Below are positions 22,601 to 37,300 of a DNA stretch of 64,000 bases, one piece after another. The stretch lies in the NCBI GenBank assembly GCA_043228905.1, contig JBHGNT010000045.1, forward strand, positions 124,001 through 188,000, read 5' to 3'. Position 1 is the first letter of the stretch. Each line of letters begins with the position of its first letter. The stretch comes from Azolla caroliniana (Eukaryota > Plantae > Polypodiophyta). The notes under the pieces are model-generated. The model was not told the DNA's origin and did not search any database. It saw only the letters and a list, made by a program, of their open reading frames with translations. The translations under genes and the position numbers were made by a program.

Positions 22601-25340
22601 AATCAAGATTTTAAAACTCAGGTCGAGAGACATGAAGAAATTAGCAAATTTGAGGAGGGACTTGAGAAGAGTCCGTGAGTAAATCAAAATGGTCAGATCT
22701 TGCTCGTGTGATATCGGATTTTTGTGTTTTAAAACATGCGAATCGAAGCTAACAAAGCTAGATATAATAGGGAATTAAAAAATCAAGATTTTGAAACTCA
22801 GGTCGAGAGACATGAAGAAATTAGCAAATTTGAGGAGGGACTTGAGAAGAGCCCGTGAGTAAATTAAAAGGGTTATACATCGCTCGTGTGATATCGGATT
22901 TTTGTGTTCAAACATGCGTATAGAAGCTAACAACGCTAGCTATGATATAGAACTAAAAAATCAAGATTTTGAAACTCAGGTCGAGAGACATGAAGAAATT
23001 AGCAAATTTGAGGAGGGACTTGAGAAGAGCCCGTGAGTAAATTAAAATTGTCATACATGGCTCGTGTGATATCGGATATTTGTGTTCAAACATGCGAATT
23101 GAAACTAACAACGCTAGCTATGATGTAGAATTAAAAAATCAAGATTTTGAAACTCAGGTCGAGAGACATGAAGAAATAAGCAAATTTGAGGACGGACATG
23201 AGAAGAGCTCGTGAGTAAATTAAAATGGTTATACATCGCTCGTGTGATATCGGATTTTTGTGTTCAAACATGCGTATAGAAGCTAACAACGCTAGCTATG
23301 ATATAGAACTAAAAAATCAAGATTTTGAAACTCAGGTCGAGAGACATGAAGAAATTAGCAAATTTGAGGAGGGACTTGAGACGAGTCCGTGAGTAAATAA
23401 AAATGGTCATACCTGGCTCGTGTGATATCGGATTTTTGTGTTCAAACATGCCTATCGAAGCTAACAACGCTAGCTATGATACGGTATTCTAAAATCAAGA
23501 TTTTAAAACTCAGGTCGAGACACATGAAGAAATTAGCAAATTTGAGGAGGGACTTGAGAAGAGTCCGTGAGTAAATAAAAATGGTCAGACCTTGCTCGTG
23601 TGATATCGGATTTTTGTGTTCAAACATTCGAATCGAAGATAACAAAGCTAGCTATAATAGGGAATTAAAAAATCAAGATTTTGAAACTCAGGTCGAGAGA
23701 CATACAGAAATTAGCAAATTTGACGACGGACATGAGAAGAGCCGGTGAGTAAATTAAAATTGTCATACATGGCTCGTGTGATGTCGGCTATTTGTGTTCA
23801 AACATGCGAATCGAAACTAACAACGCTAGCTATGATATGGAATTAAAAAATCAAGATTTTGAAACTTAGGTCGAGAGACATGAAGAAATTCGCAAATTTG
23901 AGGAGGGACTTGAGAAGAGTCCGTGAGTAAATTAAAATGGTCATACCTGGCTCGTGTGATATCGGATTTTTGTGTTCAAAATGCGAATCGAAGCTAACAA
24001 AGCTAGCTCTGGTAGGGAATTAAAAAATCAAGATTTTGAAACTCAGGTCGAGAAACATAAATAAATTAGCAAATTTGACGACGGACATGAGAAGATCCCG
24101 GGAGTAAATTAAAATTGTCATACATGGCTCGTGTGATATCGGATATTTGTGTTCAAACATGCGAATCGAAACTAACAACGCTAGCTATAATATGGAATTA
24201 AAAAATTAAGATTTTGAAACTCAAGTCGAGAGACATGAAGAAATTAGCAAATTTGCGGATGGACATGAGAAGAGCCCGTGAGTAAATTAAAATGCTTATA
24301 CATGGCTCGTGTGATATTGGCTTTTTGTGTTCAAACATGCGAATCGAAGCTAACAACGCTAGCTATGATGTAGAACTAAAAAATCAAGATTTTGAAACTC
24401 AGGTCGAGAGACATGAAGAAATTAGCAAATTTGAGGAGGGACTTGAGAAGAGTCCGTGAGTAAATAAAAATGGTCATACCTGGCTCGTGTGATATCGGAT
24501 TTTTGTGTTCAAACATGCGAATCGAAGCTAACAATGCTAGCTATGATACGGAATTCTAAAATCAAGATTTTGAAACTCAGGTCGAGAGACATGACGAAAT
24601 TCGCAAATTTCAGGAGGGACTTGAGAAGAGCCCGTGAGTAAATTAAAATGGTCATACCTGGCTCGTGTGATATCGGATTTTTTTGTTTAAACATGCGAAT
24701 CGAAGCTAACAACGCTAGCTATGATATAGAATTAAAAAATCAAGATTTTGAAACTCAAGTCGAGAGACATGAAGAAATTAGCAAATTTGAGGAGGGACTT
24801 GAGAAGAGCCCGTGAGTAAATTAAAATGGTCATACTTTTTGGTGTTCAAACATGCGAATCGAAGCTAACAACGCTAGCTACGATATGGCATTAAAAAAAT
24901 AAAGATTTGAAACACAGGTCGAGAGACATGACGAAATTAGCAAATTTGAGGATGGAGTTGAGAAGAGCAAGTGAGTAAATAAAAATGGTCATACCTGGAT
25001 CGTGTGATATCGGATTTTTGTGTTCAAACATGCGAATCGAAGCTAACAACGCTAGCTATGATATAGTACTAAAAAATCAAGATTTTGAAACTCAGGTCGA
25101 GAGACATGAAGAAAATAGCAAATTTGAAGAGGGACTTCAGAAGAGCCCGTGAGTAAAGAAAAATGGTCATACCTCGCTCGTGTGATATCGGATTTTTGTG
25201 GTCAAACATGCGAATCGAAGCTAACAACGCTAGCTATGATATGGAATTTAAAAATCAAGATTTGAAACTCAGGTCGACAGACATGACGAAATTAGCAAAT
25301 TTCAGGAGGTACTTGAGAAGAGCCCGTGAGTAAATTAAAA
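13600..25340 (+). repeat. Satellite subfamily E with 2669-bp and 2829-bp duplications
   Basis: Motifs gcaaatttgagg, ggacttgag/ggacatgag and aatggtcatac..ggctcgtgtg. Identical ORFs at 15575/18244 (2669 bp apart) and 20613/23442 (2829 bp apart). Confidence 0.82.
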
Positions 25341-28300
25341 TGGTCATACCTGGCTCCTGTGATATCGGATTTTTGTGTTCAAACATCCGAATCGAAGCTA
25401 ACAACGCTAGCTGTGTTACACAATTAAAAAATCAAGATTTCGAAACTCAGGTAGAGAGACATGAAGAAATTAGCAAAATTTAGGAGGGACTTGAGAAGAG
25501 CCCGTGAGTAAATTAAAATGGTCATACCTGGCTCCTGTGATATCGGATTTTTGTGTTCAAACATCCGAATCGAAGCTAACAACGCTAGCTGTGTTACACA
25601 ATTAAAAAATCAGGATTTTGAAACTCAGGTAGAGAGACATGAAGAATTTAGCAAAATTGAGGAGGGACTTGTGAAGAGCCCGTGAGTAAATTAAAATGGT
25701 TATACCTGGCTCCTGTGATATCGGATTTTTGTGTTCAAACATGCGAGTCGAAGCTAACAACGCTAGCTGTGCTACACAATTAAAAAATTAAGATTTTTAA
25801 ACATAGGTCGAGAGACATGAAGAAATTAGCAAAATTGAGGAGGGACTTGAGAAGAGCCCGTGAGTAAATTAAAATGGTCATACCTGGCTCCTGTGATATC
25901 GGATTTTTGTGTTCAAACATCCGAATCGAAGCTAACAACGCTAGCTATGCTACACAATTAAAAAATCAAGATTTTGAAACTCAGGTAGACAGACATGAAG
26001 AAAGTAGCAAAATTGAGGAGGGACTTGAGAAGAGCCCGTGAGTAAATTAAAATGGTCATACCTGGCTCCTCTGATATCGGATTTTTGTGTTAAAACATGC
26101 GAATCGAAGCTAACAACGCTAGCTATGCTACACAATTAAAATGGTCATACCTGGCTCCTGTGATATCAGATTTTTGTGTTCAAACATGCGAATGGAAGCT
26201 AACAACGCTAGCTATGCTACACAATTAAAAAATCAAGATTTTGAAACTCAGGTCGAGAGACATGAAGAAAGTAGCAAAATTCAGGAGGGACTTGAGAAGA
26301 GCCCGTGAGTAAATTAAAATGGTCATACCTGGCTCCTCTGATATCGGATTTTTGTGTTAAAACATGCGAATCGAACCTAACAACGCTAGCTACGCTACAC
26401 AATTAAAAAATCAAGATTTTGAAACTCAGGTCGAGAGACATGACGAAATTAGCAAAATTCAGGAGGGACTTGAGAAGAGCCCGTGAGTAAATTAAAATGG
26501 TCATACCTGGCTCCTCTGATATCGGATTTTTATGTTCAAACATCCGAATCGAAGCTAACAACGCTAGCTATGCTACACAATTAAAAAATCAAGATTTTGA
26601 AACTCAGGTAGAGAGACATGAAGAATTTAGCAAAATTGAGGAGGGACTTGTGAAGAGCCCGTGAGTAAATTAAAATGGTCATACCTGGCTCCTGTGATAT
26701 CGGATTTTTGTGTTCAAACATGCGAGTCGAAGCTAACAACGCTAGCTGTGCTACACAATTAAAAAATTAAGATTTTTAAACTTAGGTCGAGAGACATGAA
26801 GAAATTAGCAAAATTGAGGAGGGACTTGAGAAGAGCCCGTGAGTAAATTAAAATGGTCATACCTGGCTCCTATGATATCGGATTTTTGTGTTCAAACATC
26901 CGAATCGAAGCTAACAACGCTAGCTATGCTACACAATTAAAAAATCAAGATTTTGAAACTCAGGTAGACAGACATGAAGAAAGTAGCAAAATTGAGGAGG
27001 GACTTGAGAAGAGCCCGTGAGTAAATTAAAATGGTCATACCAGGCTCCTCTGATATCGGATTTTTGTGTTAAAACATGCGAATCGAAGCTAACAACGCTA
27101 GCTATGCTACACAATTAAAATGGTCATACCTAGCTCCTGTGATATCGGATATTTGATTTCAAACATGCGAATCGAAGCTAACAACGCTAGCTATGATATG
27201 AAATTAAAAAAGATTTCGAAACTGAGGTCGAGAGACATGAACAAATTAGCAAAATTGAGGAGGGACTTGAGAAGAGCCCGTGAGTAAATTAAAATGGTCA
27301 TACCTGGCTCCTGTGATATCGGATTTTTGTGTTCAAACATCCGAATCGAAGCTAACAACGCTAGCTATGCTACACAATTAAAAAATCAAGATTTTGAAAC
27401 TCAGGTAGACAGACATGAAGAAAGTAGCAAAATTGAGGAGGGACTTGAGAAGAGCCCGTGAGTAAATTTAAATGGTCATACCTGGCTCCTCTGATATCGG
27501 ATTTTTGTGTTAAAACATGCGAATCGAAGCTAACAACGCTAGCTATGCTACACAATTAAAATGGTCATACCTAGCTCCTGTGATATCGGATATTTGTGTT
27601 CAAGCATGCGAATCGAAGCTAACAACGCTAGCTATGATATGAAATTAAAAAAGATTTCGAAACTCAGGTCGAGAGACATGAAGAAATTAGCAAAATTGAG
27701 GAGGGACTTGAGAAGAGCCCGTGAGTAAATTAAAATGGTCATACCTGGCTCCTGTGATATCGGATTTTTGTGTTCAAACATCCGAATCGAAGCTAACAAC
27801 GCTAGCTATGCTACACAATTAAAAAATCAAGATTTTGAAACTCAGGTTGAGAGACATGACGAAATTAGCAAAATTGAGGAGGGACTTGAGAAGAGCCCGT
27901 GAGTAAATTAAAATGGTCATACCTGGCTCCTGTGATATCGGATTTTTGTGTTCAAACATCCGAATCGAAGCTAACAACGCTAGCTATGCTACATAATTAA
28001 AAAATCAAGATTTCGAAACTCCGGTAGAGAGACATGAAGAAATTAGCAAAATTGAGGAGGGACTTGAGAAGAGCCCGTGAGTAAATTAAAATGGTCATAC
28101 CTGGCTCCTGTGATATCGGATTTTTGTGTTCAAATATCCGAATCGAAGCTAACAACGCTAGCTGTGTTACACAATTAAAAAATCAGGATTTTGAAACTCA
28201 GGTAGAGAGACATGAAGAATTTAGCAAAATTGAGGAGGGACTTGTGAAGAGCCCGTGAGTAAATTAAAATGGTCATACCTGGCTCCTGTGATATCGGATT

Positions 28301-31300
28301 TTTGTGTTCAAACATGCGAGTCGAAGCTAACAACGCTAGCTGTGCTACACAATTAAAAAATTAAGATTTCTAAACTGAGGTCGAGAGACATGAAGAATTT
28401 AGCAAAATTGAGGAGGGACTTGTGAAGAGCCCGTGAGTAAATTAAAATGGTCATACCTGGCTCCTGTGATATCGGATTTTTGTGTTCAAACATGCGAGTC
28501 GAAGCTAACAACGCTAGCTGTGCTACACAATTAAAAAATTAAGATTTTTAAACTTAGGTCGAGAGACATGAAGAAATTAGCAAAATTGAGGAGGGACTTG
28601 AGAAGAGCCCGTGAGTAAATTAAAATGGTCATACCTGGCTCCTATGATATCGGATTTTTGTGTTCAAACATCCGAATCGAAGCTAACAACGCTAGCTATG
28701 CTACACAATTAAAAAATCAAGATTTTGAAACTCAGGTAGACAGACATGAAGAAAGTAGCAAAATTGAGGAGGGACTTGAGAAGAGCCCGTGAGTAAATTA
28801 AAATGGTCATACCTGGCTCCTCTGATATCGGATTTTTGTGTTAAAACATGCGAATCGAAGCTAACAACGCTAGCTATGCTACACAATTAAAATGGTCATA
28901 CCTAGCTCCTGTGATATCGGATATTTGATTTCAAACATGCGAATCGAAGCTAACAACGCTAGCTATGATATGAAATTAAAAAAGATTTCGAAACTGAGGT
29001 CGAGAGACATGAAGAAATTAGCAAAATTGAGGAGGGACTTGAGAAGAGCCCGTGAGTAAATTAAAATGGTCATACCTGGCTCCTGTGATATCGGATTTTT
29101 GTGTTCAAACATCCGAATCGAAGCTAACAACGCTAGCTATGCTACACAATTAAAAAATCAAGATTTTGAAACTCAGGTAGACAGACATGAAGAAAGTAGC
29201 AAAATTGAGGAGGGACTTGAGAAGAGCCCGTGAGTAAATTAAAATGGTCATACCTGGCTCCTCTGATATCGGATTTTTGTGTTAAAACATGCGAATCGAA
29301 GCTAACAACGCTAGCTATGCTACACAATTAAAATGGTCATACCTTGCTCCTGTGATATCGGATATTTGTGTTCAAGCATGCGAATCGAAGCTAACAACGC
29401 TAGCTATGATATGAAATTAAAAAAGATTTCGAAACTCAGGTCGAGAGACATGAAGAAATTAGCAAAATTGAGGAGGGACTTGAGAAGAGCCCGTGAGTAA
29501 ATTAAAATGGTCATACCTGGCTCCTGTGATATCGGATTTTTGTGTTCAAACATCCGAATCGAAGCTAACAACGCTAGCTATGCTACACAATTAAAAAATC
29601 AAGATTTTGAAACTCAGGTTGAGAGACATGACGAAATTAGCAAAATTGAGGAGGGACTTGAGAAGAGCCCGTGAGTAAATTAAAATGGTCATACCTGGCT
29701 CCTGTGATATCGGATTTTTGTGTTCAAACATGCGAATCGAAGCTAACAAAGCTAGCTATGCTACATAATTAAAAAATCAAGATTTCGAAACTCAGGTAGA
29801 GAGACATGAAGAAATTAGCAAAATTGAGGAGGGACTTGAGAAGAGCCCGTGAGTAAATTAAAATGGTCATACCTGGCTCCTGTGATATCGGATTTTTGTG
29901 TTCAAATATCCGAATCGAAGCTAACAACGCTAGCTGTGTTACACAATTAAAAAATCAAGATTTTGAAACTCAGGTAGAGAGACATGAAGAATTTAGCAAA
30001 ATTGAGGAGGGACTTGTGAAGAGCCCGTGAGTAAATTAAAATGGTCATACCTGGCTCCTGTGATATCGGATTTTTGTGTTCAAACATGCGAGTCGAAGCT
30101 AACAACGCTAGCTGTGCTACACAATTAAAAAATTAAGATTTCTAAACTGAGGTCGAGAGACATGAAGAAATTAGCAAAATTGAGGAGGGACTTGAGAAGA
30201 GCCCGTGAGTAAATTAAAATGGTCATACCTGGCTCCTGTGATATCGGATTTTTGTGTTCAAACATCCGAATCGAAGCTAACAACGCTAGCTATGCTACAC
30301 AATTAAAAAATCAAGATTTTGAAACTCAGGTAGACAGACATGAAGAAAGTAGCAAAATTGAGGAGGGACTTGAGAAGAGCCCGTGAGTAAATTAAAATGG
30401 TCATACCTGGCTCCTCTGATATCGGATTTTTGTGTTAAAACATGCGAATCGAAGCTAACAACGCTAGCTATGCTACACAATTAAAATGGTCATACCTGGC
30501 TCCTGTGATATCAGATTTTTGTGTTCAAACATGCGAATGGAAGCTAACAACGCTAGCTATGCTACACAATTAAAAAATCAAGATTTTGAAACTCAGGTCG
30601 AGAGACATGAAGAAAGTAGCAAAATTCAGGAGGGACTTGAGAAGAGCCCGTGAGTAAATTAAAATGGTCATACCTGGCTCCTCTGATATCGGATTTTTGT
30701 GTTAAAACATGCGAATCGAACCTAACAACGCTAGCTACGCTACACAATTAAAAAATCAAGATTTTGAAACTTAGATCGAGAGACATGACGAAATTAGCAA
30801 AATTCAGGAGGGACTTGAGAAGAGCCCGTGAGTAAATTAAAATGGTCATACCTGGCTCCTGTGATATCGGATTTTTATGTTCAAACATCCGAATCGAAGC
30901 TAACAACGCTAGCTATGCTACACAATTAAAAAATCAAGATTTTGAAACTCAGGTAGAGAGACATGAAGAATTTAGCAAAATTGAGGAGGGACTTGTGAAG
31001 AGCCCGTGAGTAAATTAAAATGGTCATACCTGGCTCCTGTGATATCGGATTTTTGTGTTCAAACATGCGAATCGAAGCTAACAACGCTAGCTATGCTACA
31101 CAATTAAAAAATCAAGATTTCGAAACTCAGGTCGAGAGACATGACGAAATTAGCAAAATTGAGGAGGGACTTGAGAAGAGCCCGTGACTAAATTAAAATG
31201 GTCATACCTAGCTCCTCTGATATCGGATTTTTGTGTTAAAACATGCGAATCGAAGCTAACAAAGCTAGCTATGCTACACAATTAAAATGGTCATACCTAG

Positions 31301-34300
31301 CTACTGTGATATCGGATATTTGTGTTCAAGCATGCGAATCGAAGCTAACAACGCTAGCTATGATATGAAATTAAAAAAGATTTCGAAACTCAGGTCGAGA
31401 GACATGACGAAATTAGCAAAATTCAGGAGGGACTTGAGAAGAGCCCGTGAGTAAATTAAAATGGTCATACCTGGCTCCTGTGATATCGGATTTTTGTGTT
31501 CAAACATCCGAATTGAAGCTAACAACGCTAGCTATGCTACACAATTAAAAAATCAAGATTTTGAAACTCAGGTTGAGAGACATGACGAAATTAGCAAAAT
31601 TGAGGAGGGACTTGAGAAGAGCCCGTGAGTAAATTAAAATGGTCATACCTGGCTCCTGTGATATCGGATTTTTGTGTTCAAACATCCGAATCGAAGCTAA
31701 CAACGCTAGCTATGCTACATAATTAAAAAATCAAGATTTCGAAACTCAGGTAGAGAGACATGAAGAAATTAGCAAAATTGAGGAGGGACTTGAGAAGAGC
31801 CCGTGAGTAAATTAAAATGGTCATACCTGGCTCCTGTGATATCGGATTTTTGTGTTCAAACATCCGAATCGAAGCTAACAACGCTAGCTGTGTTACACAA
31901 TTAAAAAATCAGGATTTTGAAACTCAGGTAGAGAGACATGAAGAATTTAGCAAAATTGAGGAGGGACTTGTGAAGAGCCCGTGAGTAAATTAAAATGGTC
32001 ATACCTGGCTCCTGTGATATCGGATTTTTGTGTTCAAACATGCGAGTCGAAGCTAACAACACTAGCTATGATATAGAACTAAAAATTCAGGAGGGACTTG
32101 AGAAGAGCCCGTGAGTAAATTAAAATGGTCATACCTGGCTCCTGTGATATCGGATTTTTATGTTCAAACATCCGAATCGAAGCTAACAACGCTAGCTATG
32201 CTACACAATTAAAAAATCAAGATTTTGAAACTCAGGTAGAGAGACATGAAGAATTTAGCAAAATTGAGGAGGGACTTGTGAAGAGCCCGTGAGTAAATTA
32301 AAATGGTCATACCTGGCTCCTGTGATATCGGATTTTTGTGTTCAAACATGCGAGTCGAAGCTAACAACGCTAGCTGTGCTACACAATTAAAAAATTAAGA
32401 TTTTTAAACATAGGTCGAGAGACATGAAGAAATTAGCAAAATTGAGGAGGGACTTGAGAAGAGCCCGTGAGTAAATTAAAATGGTCATACCTGGCTCCTG
32501 TGATATCGGATTTTTGTGTTCAAACATCCGAATCGAAGCTAACAACGCTAGCTATGCTACACAATTAAAAAATCAAGATTTTGAAACTCAGGTAGACAGA
32601 CATGAAGAAAGTAGCAAAATTGAGGAGGGACTTGATAAGAGCCCGTGAGTAAATTAAAATGGTCATACCTGGCTCCTCTGATATCGGATTTTTGTGTTAA
32701 AACATGCGAATCGAAGCTAACAACGCTAGCTATGCTACACAATTAAAATGGTCATACCTAGCTCCTGTGATATCGGATATTTGTGTTCAAGCATGCGAAT
32801 CGAAGCTAACAACGCTAGCTATGATATGAAATTAAAAAAGATTTCGAAACTCAGGTCGAGAGACATGAAGAAATTAGCAAAATTGAGGAGGGACTTGAGA
32901 AGAGCCCGTGAGTAAATTAAAATGGTCATACCTGGCTCCTGTGATATCGGATTTTTGTGTTCAAACATCCGAATCGAAGCTAACAACGCTAGCTATGCTA
33001 CACAATTAAAAAATCAAGATTTTGAAACTCAGGTTGAGAGACATGACGAAATTAGCAAAATTGAGGAGGGACTTGAGAAGAGCCCGTGAGTAAATTAAAA
33101 TGGTCATACCTGGCTCCTGTGATATCGGATTTTTGTGTTCAAACATCCGAATCGAAGCTAACAACGCTAGCTATGCTACATATTTAAAAAATCAAGATTT
33201 CGAAACTCAGGTAGAGAGACATGAAGAAATTAGCAAAATTGAGGAGGGACTTGAGAAGAGCCCGTGAGTAAATTAAAATGGTCATACCTGGCTCCTGTGA
33301 TATCGGATTTTTGTGTTCAAACATCCGAATCGAAGCTAACAACGCTAGCTGTGTTACACAATTAAAAAATCAGGATTTTGAAACTCAGGTAGAGAGACAT
33401 GAAGAATTTAGCAAAATTGAGGAGGGACTTGTGAAGAGCCCGTGAGTAAATTAAAATGGTCATACCTGGCTCCTGTGATATCGGATTTTTGTGTTCAAAC
33501 ATGCGAGTCGGAGCTAACAACGCTAGCTGTGCTACACAATTAAAAAATTAAGATTTCTAAACTGAGGTCGAGAGACATGAAGAAATTAGCAAAATTGAGG
33601 AGGGACTTGAGAAGAGCCCGTGAGTAAATTAAAATGGTCATACCTGGCTCCTGTGATATCGGATTTTTGTGTTCAAACATCCGAATCGAAGCTAACAACG
33701 CTAGCTATGCTACACAATTAAAAAATCAAGATTTTGAAACTCAGGTAGACAGACATGAAGAAAGTAGCAAAATTGAGGAGGGACTTGAGAAGAGCCCGTG
33801 AGTAAATTAAAATGGTCATACCTGGGTCCTCTAATATCGGATTTTTGTGTTAAAACATGCGAATCGAAGCTAACAACGCTAGCTATGCTACACAATTAAA
33901 ATGGTCATACCTGGCTCCTGTGATATCAGATTTTTGTGTTCAAACATGCGAATGGAAGCTAACAACGCTAGGTATGCTACACAATTAAAAAATCAAGATT
34001 TTGAAACTCAGGTCGAGAGACATGAAGAAAGTAGCAAAATTCAGGAGGGACTTGAGAAGAGCCCGTGAGTAAATTAAAATGGTCATACCTGGCTCCTCTG
34101 ATATCGGATTTTTGTGTTAAAACATGCGAATCGAACCTAACAACGCTAGCTACGCTACACAATTAAAAAATCAAGATTTTGAAACTCAGGTCGAGAGACA
34201 TAACGAAATTAGCAAAATTCAGGAGGGACTTGAGAAGAGCCCGTGAGTAAATTAAAATGGTCATACCTGGCTCCTGTGATATCGGATTTTTATGTTCAAA

Positions 34301-37300
34301 CATCCGAATCGAAGCTAACAACGCTAGCTATGCTACACAATTAAAAAATCAAGATTTTGAAACTCAGGTAGACAGACATGAAGAAAGTAGCAAAATTGAG
34401 GAGGGACTTGAGAAGAGCCCGTGAGTAAATTAAAATGGTCATACCTGGCTCCTGTGATATCGGATTTTTGTGTTCAAACATCCGAATCGAAGCTAACAAC
34501 GCTAGCTGTGTTACACAATTAAAAAATCAGGATTTTGAAACTCAGGTAGAGAGACATGAAGAATTTAGCAAAATTGAGGAGGGACTTGTGAAGAGCCCGT
34601 GAGTAAATTAAAATGGTCATACCTGGCTCCTGTGATATCGGATTTTTGTGTTCAAACATGCGAGTCGAAGCTAACAACACTAGCTATGATATAGAACTAA
34701 AAATTCAGGAGGGACTTGAGAAGAGCCCGTGAGTAAATTAAAATGGTCATACCTGGCTCCTGTGATATCGGATTTTTGTGTTCAAACATCCGAATCGAAG
34801 CTAACAACGCTAGCTGTGTTACACAATTAAAAAATCAGGATTTTGAAACTCAGGTAGAGAGACATGAAGAATTTAGCAAAATTGAGGAGGGACTTGTGAA
34901 GAGCCCGTGAGTAAATTAAAATGGTCATACCTGGCTCCTGTGATATCGGATTTTTGTGTTCAAACATGCGAGTCGGAGCTAACAACGCTAGCTGTGCTAC
35001 ACAATTAAAAAATTAAGATTTCTAAACTGAGGTCGAGAGACATGAAGAAATTAGCAAAATTGAGGAGGGACTTGAGAAGAGCCCGTGAGTAAATTAAAAT
35101 GGTCATACCTGGCTCCTGTGATATCGGATTTTTGTGTTCAAACATCCGAATCGAAGCTAACAACGCTAGCTATGCTACACAATTAAAAAATCAAGATTTT
35201 GAAACTCAGGTAGACAGACATGAAGAAAGTAGCAAAATTGAGGAGGGACTTGAGAAGAGCCCGTGAGTAAATTAAAATGGTCATACCTGGGTCCTCTAAT
35301 ATCGGATTTTTGTGTTAAAACATGCGAATCGAAGCTAACAACGCTAGCTATGCTACACAATTAAAATGGTCATACCTGGCTCCTGTGATATCAGATTTTT
35401 GTGTTCAAACATGCGAATGGAAGCTAACAACGCTAGGTATGCTACACAATTAAAAAATCAAGATTTTGAAACTCAGGTCGAGAGACATGAAGAAAGTAGC
35501 AAAATTCAGGAGGGACTTGAGAAGAGCCCGTGAGTAAATTAAAATGGTCATACCTGGCTCCTCTGATATCGGATTTTTGTGTTAAAACATGCGAATCGAA
35601 CCTAACAACGCTAGCTACGCTACACAATTAAAAAATCAAGATTTTGAAACTCAGGTCGAGAGACATAACGAAATTAGCAAAATTCAGGAGGGACTTGAGA
35701 AGAGCCCGTGAGTAAATTAAAATGGTCATACCTGGCTCCTGTGATATCGGATTTTTATGTTCAAACATCCGAATCGAAGCTAACAACGCTAGCTATGCTA
35801 CACAATTAAAAAATCAAGATTTTGAAACTCAGGTAGACAGACATGAAGAAAGTAGCAAAATTGAGGAGGGACTTGAGAAGAGCCCGTGAGTAAATTAAAA
35901 TGGTCATACCTGGCTCCTCTGATATCGGATTTTTGTGTTAAAACATGCGAATCGAAGCTAACAACGCTAGCTATGCTACACAATTAAAATGGTCATACCT
36001 GGCTCCTGTGATATCAGATTTTTGTGTTCAAACATGCGAATGGAAGCTAACAACGCTAGCTATGCTACACAATTAAAAAATCAAGATTTTGAAACTCAGG
36101 TCGAGAGACATGAAGAAAGTAGCAAAATTCAGGAGGGACTTGAGAAGAGCCCGTGAGTAAATTAAAATGGTCATACCTGGCTCCTCTGATATCGGATTTT
36201 TGTGTTAAAACATGCGAATCGAACCTAACAACGCTAGCTACGCTACACAATTAAAAAATCAAGATTTTGAAACTCAGGTCGAGAGACATGACGAAATTAG
36301 CAAAATTCAGGAGGGACTTGAGAAGAGCCCGTGAGTAAATTAAAATGGTCATACCTGGCTCCTGTGATATCGGATTTTTATGTTCAAACATCCGAATCGA
36401 AGCTCACAACGCTAGATATGCTACACAATTAAAAAATCAAGATTTTGAAACTCAGGTAGAGAGACATGAAGAATTTAGCAAAATTGAGGAGGGACTTGTG
36501 AAGAGCCCGTGAGTAAATTAAAATGGTCATACCTGGCTCCTGTGATATCGGATTTTTGTGTTCAAACATGCGAGTCGAAGCTAACAACGCTAGCTGTGCT
36601 ACACAATTAAAAAATTAAGATTTTTAAACTTAGGTCGAGAGACATGAAGAAATTAGCAAAATTGAGGAGGGACTTGAGAAGAGCCCGTGAGTAAATTAAA
36701 ATGGTCATACCTGGCTCCTGTGATATCGGATTTCTGTGTTCAAACATCCGAATCGAAGCTAACAACGCTAGCTATGCTACACAATTAAAAAATCAAGATT
36801 TTGAAGCTCAGGTAGACAGACATGAAGAAAGTAGCAAAATGTAGAAGGGACTTGAGAAGAGCCCGTGAGTAAATTAAAATGGTCATACCTGGCTCCTCTG
36901 ATATCGGATTTTTGTGTTAAAACATGCGAATCGAAGCTAACAACGCTAGCTATGCTACACAATTAAAATGGTCATACCTAGCTCCTGTGATATCGGATAT
37001 TTGTGTTCAAGCATGCGAATCGAAGCTAACAACGCTAGCTATGATATGAAATTAAAAAAGATTTCGAAACTCAGGTCGAGAGACATGAAGAAATTAGCAA
37101 AATTGAGGAGGGACTTGAGAAGAGCCCGTGAGTAAATTAAAATGGTCATACCTGGCTCCTGTGATATCGGATTTTTGTGTTCAAACATCCGAATCGAAGC
37201 TAACAACGTTAGCTATGCTACACAATTAAAAAATCAAGATTTTGAAACTCAGGTTGAGAGACATGACGAAATTAGCAAAATTGAGGAGGGACTTGAGAAG

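Noticed and set aside
25341-25352. 5S rRNA or tRNA origin of the monomer (ggtcatacc resembles the 5S 5' end)
   Set aside because: The match is about 9 nt, is absent from older layers (gttcatacc), and there are no internal promoter boxes or cloverleaf.
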